In this document: piece after piece, positions 8,592-17,640 of the stretch
How the letters are laid out: each line of letters begins with the position of its first letter
Numbering within the stretch: the first letter of the stretch is position 1
Virus record (IMG/VR): IMGVR_UViG_3300031521_000027
Coordinates: 1-64,000 of that record
DNA: 64,000 nucleotides
Source: a virus
Reading direction: 5' to 3' (one strand)
Notes under the pieces: generated by a model
Seen by the model: only the letters and a program-made list of their open reading frames with translations
Told to the model about the DNA's origin: nothing
Database searches by the model: none
Program-made: the position numbers and the translations under genes

Positions 8592-9200
8592 ATGGCCTTG
8601 ACATCCTTGCTCGCCCCCACAGTCCCAGCCACCACCGGCCTCCCCGAACTTTGGATCCTGTCCATCGTGAAGTCCGGCAAGTTCGTGGACGTACCCTCCG
8701 CGTATTCAGCCATGCGGGTCCCCGCTGAGCGCGCCGTGGTGGTCTCGGAGTATCCGCTGCACTTCCATCGCCGGACGGCAGAGAATCCGGTCATCCTCGG
8801 GGCCTACCGGGACTCCATGCTGTGGAACGCAGGCCTTGACCACATCGCCGCCCAGCAGCCCGCAGACGCCATCTGGGACGTCCTCCTGCTCGATCCGACA
8901 GCACCATTGCCCCTGCGCCACGCGGACAGCCTCAGGCACCACATGCGTACGCTGGACGTGTGGATGGCCGAGCCAGACCTCTTCGATGTGATCGGACCTC
9001 GCGCTCACCAGACCTTCTTCGGAAACGAGCCTGATCAGGCTCACCCCAGCGCCGTCGTGGTGTCCGGAGAGATGAAGGTCCGCTTCGACCCACGTGTCTA
9101 CGACGGAGCAGACGCATGGGCGGACTACTGCCGCCGTACCCGTTACGTCGGAGGATCCGTGCTCGTCTCCACCACTGCCCTGAGGGAGCACGTTTCATGA
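8592..9200 (+). CDS. Hypothetical protein (possibly a degenerate GT-A glycosyltransferase)
   Basis: GGAGG RBS; WNAGLD...VLLLD pattern; first gene of the coupled cassette. Confidence 0.55.
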   Translation: MALTSLLAPTVPATTGLPELWILSIVKSGKFVDVPSAYSAMRVPAERAVVVSEYPLHFHRRTAENPVILGAYRDSMLWNAGLDHIAAQQPADAIWDVLLLDPTAPLPLRHADSLRHHMRTLDVWMAEPDLFDVIGPRAHQTFFGNEPDQAHPSAVVVSGEMKVRFDPRVYDGADAWADYCRRTRYVGGSVLVSTTALREHVS

Positions 9201-9886
9201 ATGTCGTCGTGACCTCCCTCCTGACCAAGGAGCCCGACCCGATGCGGGGCCGGAAGTGGGATGCCGATCCCTCGATTCTGGAAACGTGGGCAGCGTCCAT
9301 CAAGGGTGCCACCCCTGTCGTGATCGCCGACGAACTCACCACCACCCCGCAGGGGGTGCAGCTGGTCAACTCCTCCGATCTGGCGTCTCCCAACGTCCCC
9401 TCCGGTGGCCCGTACTTCAACCGGTGGGTCTACTTCCTCCAGTGGCTCTACCTCAACGAGCACAGCCTCGACAAGGTGTGGCTGACCGACGGCTCGGACG
9501 TGACCATGCTCCGGGAGCCGTGGGATCAGATGGAGGAAGGCGTCCTGTATGTCGGCAGCGAGGAGCAGCACCTCGTGGGCTGCGACTGGATGCGCAACAT
9601 CAACCACCACCCCTCCCCCATCGAGCAGCTGTTCATCGACTCCGAGCGGGACCTGCTGCTGCTCAACGCCGGTCTGGTGGGGGGCCACGTCAAGACCGTG
9701 CAGGCGTTCCTCGCCGCACTGCTGGTGCAGTGGGCCGGAGCTGGCTGGCCCACCAAGTCGGACATGGCGATCTTCAACTTGACGGCGTATTGCAACGCCC
9801 CCGCCCGCGTCGTCACCGGAGAACTCGTACACACCACCTTCTGGGCCAACGCCGACAACGGCACAGCGTGGTGGCAGCACAAGTGA
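9197..9886 (+). CDS. GT-A fold glycosyltransferase-like protein
   Basis: VWLTDGSDV metal-binding motif, LLNAGLVGG, SDMAIFN, terminal WWQHK. Confidence 0.7.
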   Translation: MNVVVTSLLTKEPDPMRGRKWDADPSILETWAASIKGATPVVIADELTTTPQGVQLVNSSDLASPNVPSGGPYFNRWVYFLQWLYLNEHSLDKVWLTDGSDVTMLREPWDQMEEGVLYVGSEEQHLVGCDWMRNINHHPSPIEQLFIDSERDLLLLNAGLVGGHVKTVQAFLAALLVQWAGAGWPTKSDMAIFNLTAYCNAPARVVTGELVHTTFWANADNGTAWWQHK

Positions 9887-9908
9887 TCACCCCCAAGAAG
9901 GAGTCCTG

Positions 9909-10418
9909 ATGCACGAAGAGGCAATGAGTTGGGTCCGCCAGTGGGAGACCCACGACCCCGAGATGATCGTGATCGAACTCGGATCCCGCAACACCAGCGG
10001 CAGAGGGATCCGCCAGTTCTTCACCGGCACCCAGTACATCGGGATCGACGCCGTCGATGGCCCGGACGTGGATCTGGTTGCCAACGCGGCCACCGTGCGC
10101 CCCAGCAAGCCGGTGGATCTGGTGGTCTGCTGCGAGCTGCTGGAGCACACCCCGTACTGGCGTGAGATCCTCAACAACGCCTTCCTGATGCTGAAGCCGG
10201 GTGGTCGGCTGATCGTCACCTGTGCAGGCCCCGGGAGAGGCGTCCACGGCGTCAACCACGATGACCCGGACCAGCCCGGCTGGTACGGCAACGTCCCCAT
10301 CCATGCGATTGATCAGGTCCTGTCAGCTCAGGGGTGGGAGGGCGTCGAGGTCAGCGAGGTGCCACACACCACCGAACTCGGCGGCACCGACAGCCGTGCG
10401 ACGGCGGTCCACCCATGA
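9909..10418 (+). CDS. Class I SAM-dependent methyltransferase
   Basis: VIELGSR, YIGID...GPDVD, VDLVVCCELLEH, LKPGGRLIVT. Confidence 0.85.
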   Translation: MHEEAMSWVRQWETHDPEMIVIELGSRNTSGRGIRQFFTGTQYIGIDAVDGPDVDLVANAATVRPSKPVDLVVCCELLEHTPYWREILNNAFLMLKPGGRLIVTCAGPGRGVHGVNHDDPDQPGWYGNVPIHAIDQVLSAQGWEGVEVSEVPHTTELGGTDSRATAVHP

Positions 10419-11155
10419 TGACCAAGGCCATCTTCCTCACCGCCTACGACCGGCCCGAGCTGCTGGCCCGGACCATGCGGTCGTGGGAACTCGTCCGGGG
10501 CGTGCTCGGGGTGCCCTTCCTCGTGATGATCGAGCCCGGACCCAAGGCGGAGGAGTGCGCCGCCATCGTCGAGGCCTCCTTCGTGAGGATGGGCCACCTC
10601 GCGTCCCACGTCGAGGTCAACCCCACCCGCTACGGTGTCCTCCACCACCCGTGGGTGGGCTTCGAGAAGATGTTCAAGAACTTCGACTTCGTCATCCGGG
10701 CAGAGGACGACCTGTGCGTCTCCGACGACGTGCTGGAGTACTTCGACTGGGCGGAGGCAGCCTTCAGAGATGATTCTGAGGTGGCCACGGTGCACGCCTA
10801 CACCGACGGTCCCGGATCCGACCCTGAGGTGGTGCAGGTCCTCTCCGAGTTCAACCCGTGGATATGGGGCACGTGGAAGAACGTCTGGCATGACGTCCTC
10901 GGCCCGACGTGGGACCACGACTACTCGACCTTCAACGGCACCCCCGGCAACCAGTCGGGATGGGACTGGAACCTCAACACCCGGATCTTCCCCCAGCTCG
11001 GGCTGTCCGGTGTGTTTCCTGAAATGAGTCGCGTCGACAACATCGGCGTCTACGGCATCCACGGCACCGCTGAGAACTTCCGCACCGCCGAGAGCTTCCG
11101 TCCACTCCATGCGCGTGGGGGGTATCGAATGAAGGGCCGATCTTCAGAGGTGTGA
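10415..11155 (+). CDS. GT-A glycosyltransferase (GT13/GnT-I-like motifs)
   Basis: LTAYDRPELL, EDDLCVSDD, FNPWIWGTW, WDWNL, SRVDNIG..G.HG. Confidence 0.75.
   Translation: MMTKAIFLTAYDRPELLARTMRSWELVRGVLGVPFLVMIEPGPKAEECAAIVEASFVRMGHLASHVEVNPTRYGVLHHPWVGFEKMFKNFDFVIRAEDDLCVSDDVLEYFDWAEAAFRDDSEVATVHAYTDGPGSDPEVVQVLSEFNPWIWGTWKNVWHDVLGPTWDHDYSTFNGTPGNQSGWDWNLNTRIFPQLGLSGVFPEMSRVDNIGVYGIHGTAENFRTAESFRPLHARGGYRMKGRSSEV
11135..11145 (+). promoter_or_regulatory. Phage late-promoter motif GGCCGATCTTC, leaderless
   Basis: Exact motif 6 nt before GTG 11152. Confidence 0.7.
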
Positions 11156-11598
11156 CGAGTCTGCCTCCGGAAGATGAGGCCCCCGAGCTGGGGGTCGCCT
11201 TCCAGCTGCCTGCCGACGTGCTGGCCAAGCCTGAGCTGGCTGAGCTGTACCTGACGTCCGTGCGGAAGCTACAGGCCGAGTCCCGGGGCATTCCGATGCA
11301 CACCGTGCAGGAGTTCCTGCTGGAGCGGATCGCGACCAAGTACGTGATGCTGCGCTACCACGAGATCTACGGCGGCTGGCGCGGCGTGAACTCTGAGAAG
11401 GACGCCACCGCCCAGTGGCTGGACATGGTCAAGGAGTGGAACAAGGTTCTGGCCACTGGCCACGAGCAGCTGCGTGCGGCGTTCCTCGACGAGTTCACCA
11501 GCATTGCCATGAAGGGCGTCGAGCTGATTGAGGACAAGCCCACCCGGCAGATGCTGCTGCTCCACTTCAAGGAGCAGTTCGCAGCTGCTGGCTACTGA
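11152..11598 (+). CDS. Putative terminase small subunit
   Basis: Helical 148-aa protein two genes upstream of terL; call rests on position. Confidence 0.45.
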   Translation: MTSLPPEDEAPELGVAFQLPADVLAKPELAELYLTSVRKLQAESRGIPMHTVQEFLLERIATKYVMLRYHEIYGGWRGVNSEKDATAQWLDMVKEWNKVLATGHEQLRAAFLDEFTSIAMKGVELIEDKPTRQMLLLHFKEQFAAAGY

Positions 11599-11608
11599 AA
11601 GAGGATCC

Positions 11609-12370
11609 ATGGACAGCAACGAAATCGACCTGATCCTCAAGCTCGCCGCTGCGGGACCGTGCTCACTGGACAGCTCCCCGAAGAAGAACTGGGTGGAGAA
11701 GGCTGGGGGCCTGCCGAACTACATCTGCCACATCGCCAAGGGCGTCATGAAGTCCGGCAAGTCCAAGGGACAGGCTATTGCCATCGCCGTCTCCCGGTGC
11801 AAGGTTTGGGCAGCTGGTGGTGGCGACGTCGATGCCGACACCCGGGGCAAGGCAGCCAAGGCCGTCTCCGAGTGGGAAGCGCTGAAGGGCAAGAACGCGG
11901 CCAAGAAGATCGTCAAGGCCTCCCGCCACGACGGCTTCGAGTACCTGATGCTGACCAACGTCGGCTCCTTCAACACCGAGATGATCCGCAGCGCGTGGAA
12001 CGCCCGTGAGCGCGCGATCCGCAAGGCCAAGGAAGCTGCTCACCGCTCCGAGCACGGCGATGGGCCGTTCTCCATGGACTCTCCCGTCCTGATGCACGAG
12101 TACAGCTGGATCCGGGAGCTGTGGACCGACTACATCATCGTCGAGGTCGAGGGCCGTGAGGGCTCCGAGTTCCACAAGGTCCCCTACACCGTCGAGGGCA
12201 CCGACGTGGAGTTCGGCGACCCGACCGAGGTCAAGCAGGAGTGGGTGGATGCCCCCGAAGAGGACAAGCTCACCGAGGCCGAAGAGGACCTCCTCGAAGA
12301 CGTCATCAACATGAAGAACAGCGACCCCAGCTTCCTCGCGAAGATCCAGAAGATCGCGCAGCGGGGGTAG
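11609..12370 (+). CDS. Head-module hypothetical protein
   Basis: NWVEKAGGLPNYI..IA...AIAIAV motif of a kind seen in actinophage head-assembly regions; acidic C-terminus. Confidence 0.6.
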   Translation: MDSNEIDLILKLAAAGPCSLDSSPKKNWVEKAGGLPNYICHIAKGVMKSGKSKGQAIAIAVSRCKVWAAGGGDVDADTRGKAAKAVSEWEALKGKNAAKKIVKASRHDGFEYLMLTNVGSFNTEMIRSAWNARERAIRKAKEAAHRSEHGDGPFSMDSPVLMHEYSWIRELWTDYIIVEVEGREGSEFHKVPYTVEGTDVEFGDPTEVKQEWVDAPEEDKLTEAEEDLLEDVINMKNSDPSFLAKIQKIAQRG

Positions 12371-12373
12371 CCC

Positions 12374-14260
12374 GTGACCGTCTTGTGGACACCCACCTCA
12401 GCTGGCGCGGCGTCCCGCTTCGACATCGACCCGGGATACCACGCACGCTCGGCGGCGGAGGAGATCTTCGCTGAGGAGCCGGTACCCCTTCAGGTCTTCG
12501 TGCAGGACAAGGGGTACCTCGGCGCGGAGTGGATGCTCTCCGACATCCAGTACGAGCTGGTCCGGGTGATCGAGCGGGTCTACCTCCAGAAGACCTTCAT
12601 CGACATGGGCGACTGGTTCGGCGGCTACTGGGCCAAGCCCTACCCAATGAAGAACCTGATCGCCGCTGAGTGGGGCAAGGGTGGCGGCAAGGACTCCACC
12701 GTGCGCGTCGCGGCCATGCGGGTCGCCTACCTGCTGATGTGCCTGCGGTCCCCCCAGCGCTACTTCAACATGCCTGAGGACGACTCGATCCACATCCTGA
12801 ACATCGCGGCCAACTCCGCGCAGGCCAACCGCGCGTTCTTCGAGCCGCTGACCCGGATGGTCAAGCGGGGCTGGTTCAAGGACAAGGCCGAGCCCAAGCG
12901 CGACACCATCGAGTACGCCAAGAACATCACCGCCATTTCCGGCCACTCCGACGCGGAGTCGCAGGAAGGCCTGAACATCATCCTCGGCATCGCCGACGAG
13001 ATCGATGCCTTCAAGGCTGCGGGCGAGATGATCGGTCAGGGCAACAGGGCCCGGGAGGCAAGCACCTCCGCTGAGTCGATCCTGAAGATGCTCAAGACCT
13101 CCGCCTCCACCCGTTTCCCCGAGAGCTACAAGCGGGCGGCGATCTCCTACCCCCGCTACCTCGGCTCCACGATCCAGCAGCTGATCGCAGAGGCAGAGCA
13201 GGACATCCTCGACGTCGGCTTCGAGCAGTCGATCTACTTCGCCTCCGGCCCGTACGCCACGTGGGACGTCAACCCCCGTATTTCTGGAAAGGACGCCTTC
13301 GCTTCGGACTACCGCAAGGACCCCGAAGAGGCAGCGGCCAAGTACGAGTGTCGCCCCTTCCGCGCCACCGACTCCTACTTCCGCAACCCGGCCATCTTCC
13401 GGCAGGCCGTCGACCGCCCGGACCAGCCCATTCAGGTCGACTACAAGGTTGTCGAAACCACCAGCAAGGCCACAGGCCAGACCGTGCGTGGCTGGGAGCC
13501 GGTCTTCACCTTCGCCGCCGACTTCCGTCCCGTCGCAGGGGCCCGCTACGCCATGCACGGTGACCTCGCGGTCAAGGGCGACAGGGCCGGGATCGCCATG
13601 AGCCACGTCGAGAAGTGGGTTGATCAGACCGAGACCATGGAGGACGAGACCGGCTACGTCTCCTCCTACACGACCACGGCTCCCCACGTCCGCAACGACT
13701 TCACCATCAACTTCTCCGCCGACATCGCCGCCATCGACTACGAGCGGGGCGAGAAGGAGGTCCTCCCCCGGGAGATCCAGATCCGCTGGGCCCGCAAGCT
13801 CTGCTTCGAGCTGATCAAGCGCGGCTTCTGGATCGGGTCCTTCACCTTCGACGGCTTCCAGAGCGTCGACACGATCCAGATCCTGACCTCCCACGGCATC
13901 CTCTCGGAGCGGGTTTCCACCGACCTGAAGCCTGATCTCTGGAAGACCCTGAAGGACGTTGCCAGCGACAGTCGGCTCAAGATGCCGTTCAGTCAGCGCC
14001 TCCAGAACGAGCTGGAGGGCCTGTCCCGAGTTAATGGCAAGGTTGACCACCCCATGAACGGGTCGAAAGACGAAGCAGACGCCTTCGTGTGCTCTATCGT
14101 GGGAGCAATCGGTATAGGCGGCGAGGAAACCCCCGACGGCGAGGCCATCGACTCAGGCGGCTCTCTCTTCATGATCGGGGAGCAGCTGGCTCCACTGGAG
14201 TATGGACAGGGAGCCTTCGAGCTTCCATTCGGCATGAAGGGGATGAGCATCGGTGTCTAG
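12374..14260 (+). CDS. terL: Terminase large subunit
   Basis: Walker A GKGGGKDS, Walker B GIADEID, RNase H-like HGDLA, FDGFQS, SKDEADA. Confidence 0.9.
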   Translation: MTVLWTPTSAGAASRFDIDPGYHARSAAEEIFAEEPVPLQVFVQDKGYLGAEWMLSDIQYELVRVIERVYLQKTFIDMGDWFGGYWAKPYPMKNLIAAEWGKGGGKDSTVRVAAMRVAYLLMCLRSPQRYFNMPEDDSIHILNIAANSAQANRAFFEPLTRMVKRGWFKDKAEPKRDTIEYAKNITAISGHSDAESQEGLNIILGIADEIDAFKAAGEMIGQGNRAREASTSAESILKMLKTSASTRFPESYKRAAISYPRYLGSTIQQLIAEAEQDILDVGFEQSIYFASGPYATWDVNPRISGKDAFASDYRKDPEEAAAKYECRPFRATDSYFRNPAIFRQAVDRPDQPIQVDYKVVETTSKATGQTVRGWEPVFTFAADFRPVAGARYAMHGDLAVKGDRAGIAMSHVEKWVDQTETMEDETGYVSSYTTTAPHVRNDFTINFSADIAAIDYERGEKEVLPREIQIRWARKLCFELIKRGFWIGSFTFDGFQSVDTIQILTSHGILSERVSTDLKPDLWKTLKDVASDSRLKMPFSQRLQNELEGLSRVNGKVDHPMNGSKDEADAFVCSIVGAIGIGGEETPDGEAIDSGGSLFMIGEQLAPLEYGQGAFELPFGMKGMSIGV

Positions 14261-16136
14261 TACCGCTGTTGAGGACAAGACCAAGAAGCCCTCCGACCAG
14301 ACCTCGGAGATCCCTGCACTGGGCTTCGAGCAGGGTGTGGACTCCTCCTTGGCGTACACCACCCCGTTCAACCCCGTCGGCATGGGCCTGAAGAAGACCC
14401 CCACCGAGGACCTCAACGAGGTGCTCAAGGACGAGTACGACGTCCAGCGCCCCACCACCCGCCAGCTGGTCACCATGCGCCGCCTCGACGGCCACGCACG
14501 GGCCCTGTACCGCCTCCTGACGCTGCCGATCCGCGCCTCGCTGGTGTCGGCCACCTTCAAGCCTGCTGACGGCGGAGAGGCCGAAGGCAAGTTCATGGAG
14601 AACGTCTTCCGGACGGCCCCGGCCAACGGTGGCATGACCACCACCTTCCAGCGCTTCATCGGCCAGATGCTCGGAGCCCTGTTCGAGGGCTTCGCTTGTT
14701 TCGAGAAAGTGTTCTGGATCCCCACCAAGGGCCCACTCAAGGGCAAGGTCACCCTCCAGAAGCTGGCCTACCGTCCCTCCGACACCATGACCTTCGTCTC
14801 GGACAAGACAGGAGGCTTCGCCGGGCTCCGTCAGCGCGCCGTCACCGGGGGCAAGGTCACCGACGTCTTCATCGAGCCCGAGTACGCGTTCTACTACGCC
14901 GCGCAGGAGGACGAGCGCAAGTTCTACGGCGTCTCCTTCTTCGAGTCCGCGTTCCCGCACTACGACGCCAAGGCCAAGGCCTACTTCACTGCCCACCTCG
15001 CAGCCCAGCGGGCAGCCGTAGGCACCCGGATCGGCACTGTCCCCCCGAACGCCTCCCAGAACGCCAAGACCGAGTTCGCCCGGAACCTGAGCAGCCTCGC
15101 GCTGGCCCAGTGGATGATGATGCCCGAGGGCTTCAAGGTCGAGGTGCTGAAGGAGGGCGGAACCTTCGACTTCCTGAACCTCATCAACCACCACAACCAC
15201 ATGATGAGCGAGTCCGTCCTCGCGGCCTTCTTCGACGCGGACACGGGTGGGGGCTCCGGTGAGTCCGGTGCGCTGGTGAACTTCGCCAAGCCCGGGGATG
15301 ACATGTTCATCCTGATGCTGCGGGCGATCATGGACGACGTCGCCAACCAGATCAACCACTACATCATCCCCCAGCTGATCGACTACAACTTCGACGGTGG
15401 CAAGTACCCGACCTTCACGTGGGGCACCTTCACCGACGAGCAGCGCGCGGCCATCGCAGCCACCTTCGACAAGCTCGCCACCGCAGGCCAGAGCGCCAAC
15501 GTCTCCGAGGAGTTCATGCGGGAGCTGGAGAAGACGCAGGCCAAGGACATGGGGCTGGAGATCGACTGGGAGAAGGTCGAAGCACGCGAGGCCGAGGAGA
15601 AGGCCGCAGCTGCCGCCCAGTTCGCCCCCGGAGGCGTGCCGGGAGCGGACCCAGCTCTGGGTGCCGGGGGAGTCCCCGGAGACCCCACAGCAGGCCCTCT
15701 CGGGCCGGACGGGCAGCCTCTGCCTCCTGACCCCGCGCTGGAGATGTCCGATGAGGAGCTGGCGTCGATGAACTCCCTCGGGGATGTCATCGGGTACATG
15801 GCCGATCAGGCGGACAAGATCGCCGACTCGCGTGGCCTTCCGTCCTCGGAGGAGCAGCAGGCCAGCCAGACCGCACCCACAGCAGGCCAGCCGCTCGTTC
15901 CGGCCCAGCCTGTCGCAGCGCCCGCCGTGCCGGGCCAGCCCGCAGCTCCTGCTGTCCCCGGACAGCCCCCCAAGGCCAAGAAGCCCAAGGCTCTCAAGCC
16001 CGGCAAGTTCGGCAAGCCGCCGACGGTGGTCAAGGCCCCCAAGCCCGGTCAGGTCGCACTCTCCGGCATCTCGGACGACATGATGGATTGGGCCGACCGC
16101 ATGTTGGCCCTCAGCAACGCCTCTGAAGGAGTATGA
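14253..16136 (+). CDS. Portal protein (DUF935/Mu gp29-like) with Pro/Ala-rich C-terminal extension
   Basis: Follows terL; EGFACFEKVF, FYGVSFFESAF, INHYIIPQLIDYNF motifs. Confidence 0.85.
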   Translation: MSSTAVEDKTKKPSDQTSEIPALGFEQGVDSSLAYTTPFNPVGMGLKKTPTEDLNEVLKDEYDVQRPTTRQLVTMRRLDGHARALYRLLTLPIRASLVSATFKPADGGEAEGKFMENVFRTAPANGGMTTTFQRFIGQMLGALFEGFACFEKVFWIPTKGPLKGKVTLQKLAYRPSDTMTFVSDKTGGFAGLRQRAVTGGKVTDVFIEPEYAFYYAAQEDERKFYGVSFFESAFPHYDAKAKAYFTAHLAAQRAAVGTRIGTVPPNASQNAKTEFARNLSSLALAQWMMMPEGFKVEVLKEGGTFDFLNLINHHNHMMSESVLAAFFDADTGGGSGESGALVNFAKPGDDMFILMLRAIMDDVANQINHYIIPQLIDYNFDGGKYPTFTWGTFTDEQRAAIAATFDKLATAGQSANVSEEFMRELEKTQAKDMGLEIDWEKVEAREAEEKAAAAAQFAPGGVPGADPALGAGGVPGDPTAGPLGPDGQPLPPDPALEMSDEELASMNSLGDVIGYMADQADKIADSRGLPSSEEQQASQTAPTAGQPLVPAQPVAAPAVPGQPAAPAVPGQPPKAKKPKALKPGKFGKPPTVVKAPKPGQVALSGISDDMMDWADRMLALSNASEGV

Positions 16137-16564
16137 GCATGGCCCTCGCAACCGCCGCAGGTTCGGCATCAGGCCGGAAGGTCCGCACGACTGAGGGAGC
16201 CCGCTTCTTCGGGGTTCCCATCGGCACCGAGATCGGGAACCGTTTCGACCCGAACACGCAGGCCTCCACCCGGGCGATGACCATGACCCGTCTGGTCAGC
16301 CTCCAGCGCCAGTTCGAGATCGCCAAGGAGACCGGCAACATCAACGAGATGCGCAACGTGCAGGAGGTCTTCACCACCGCCGTGAAGGAGTACGCCGCCA
16401 ACACCGGACAGCTCACCGACGTGATCGACGACCTCGTGGCCTCCCGTGGCCGGGCCGACAAGGCGCTGGGACAGAAGACCCCCGGGCAGGCCGATGCTCC
16501 CACCCCCGCCGCTCCCGCTGAGGCACCCGCTGCCCCTGAGGCCGCAGCAGCTCCCACGGCCTGA
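16133..16564 (+). CDS. Small head-associated protein with VRTxEG..(F/Y)GxPIG motif
   Basis: ATGA-coupled to portal; N-terminal motif shared with ORF 17641. Confidence 0.7.
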   Translation: MSMALATAAGSASGRKVRTTEGARFFGVPIGTEIGNRFDPNTQASTRAMTMTRLVSLQRQFEIAKETGNINEMRNVQEVFTTAVKEYAANTGQLTDVIDDLVASRGRADKALGQKTPGQADAPTPAAPAEAPAAPEAAAAPTA

Positions 16565-16567
16565 TCG

Positions 16568-17383
16568 GTGCCCAGCTTCGGAGACCAGATCGAGTCGGCC
16601 CGACGGACCAACCTCGCCGTCCGGGCTCTGGAGGCTTCCTCCCGGCAGCGGATCATGGTGATCTTCGAGGCGTGGGCCAAGGGCGACTACACCGCAGCCT
16701 CCGTCCGCTGGGCGCTGGAGGCCGTCGTCAGGGACGCCTACCGCTCCGCTGCCACCGTCGGCCTTGCCCACATCGCTGAACAGGCCGGGATCCCCCGCTG
16801 GAAGCCCCGCTGGCTCCCGAAGAACGTGATCAAGTCCTCCTACCTCGACGGGCTCGTGGCTGACGTCCAGCGGAACCTCCGCGACTACAAGGCCAGTCCC
16901 GGCAAGCCCGAGGATCTGGTGCGGGTTGTTTCCAGAATCAGTCACAGCGCTGGTGTGGCCGCAGCCCGGGGCCAGACAGACGCCCTGCTCCGCAGTGCCA
17001 AGGAGCTGTCCTCCAGCGGCGGCTTCATCGTCCGCAAGTTGTGGCAGGCCAACTTCATCGACCACGTCCCCTGCGAGCTGTGCGCCGACCTGCACGACAC
17101 CGAGGTGGCACTGGAGGCCGAGTACCCGGCAGACAACCGGATGAAGGTCTACGGCGACCTCAAGGGTCCGCCCCGACACCCCCGCTGCCTGTGCCATCTG
17201 GTCATCGTGATCGTCGGGCTGGAGAACTATCTGGAGGAGGACGGGGAGGTCACCGGAGATGTTTCTGAGCCCCAGACGATGTCCGCCTCCGCCGTCAAGA
17301 AGCTCCGCCCCGGCTTCCTCGCCAGCATCATGAAGTGGCTCCGCAAGCTCGAACGCTTTCTGAGGAGCGAATCCAGTGACTGA
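16568..17383 (+). CDS. MuF/SPP1 gp7-like minor head protein
   Basis: KLW...PCELC..LH and PPRHPRCLC motifs. Confidence 0.8.
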   Translation: MPSFGDQIESARRTNLAVRALEASSRQRIMVIFEAWAKGDYTAASVRWALEAVVRDAYRSAATVGLAHIAEQAGIPRWKPRWLPKNVIKSSYLDGLVADVQRNLRDYKASPGKPEDLVRVVSRISHSAGVAAARGQTDALLRSAKELSSSGGFIVRKLWQANFIDHVPCELCADLHDTEVALEAEYPADNRMKVYGDLKGPPRHPRCLCHLVIVIVGLENYLEEDGEVTGDVSEPQTMSASAVKKLRPGFLASIMKWLRKLERFLRSESSD

Positions 17384-17612
17384 GCAGACCATCGCCCACG
17401 AGACCGTCCGGTTCCACTTCGACAGCCTGTTGGGAGCCACCCGGGGACTGATCGCTGTACTGGTTGACGCCGCCACATCTGAGCGTGAGTACCGCTTCAC
17501 CGGGCTCTCCCCGGCGTCCATTCTGAGGTCCGGATTGGTGCTCGAAGGGGACGTGGCCGATCTTCTACAGAGCATCGAAAGCATCAAGGGCTGTACCCGA
17601 AGCGACGGGTGA
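17376..17612 (+). CDS. Hypothetical protein
   Basis: AGGAG RBS, overlapping start. Confidence 0.45.
   Translation: MTEQTIAHETVRFHFDSLLGATRGLIAVLVDAATSEREYRFTGLSPASILRSGLVLEGDVADLLQSIESIKGCTRSDG
17555..17565 (+). promoter_or_regulatory. Phage late-promoter motif GGCCGATCTTC
   Basis: Exact motif 75 nt upstream of giant ORF 17641. Confidence 0.6.
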
Positions 17613-17640
17613 ACTACTCAGAACGGACGGCAGGACAATA

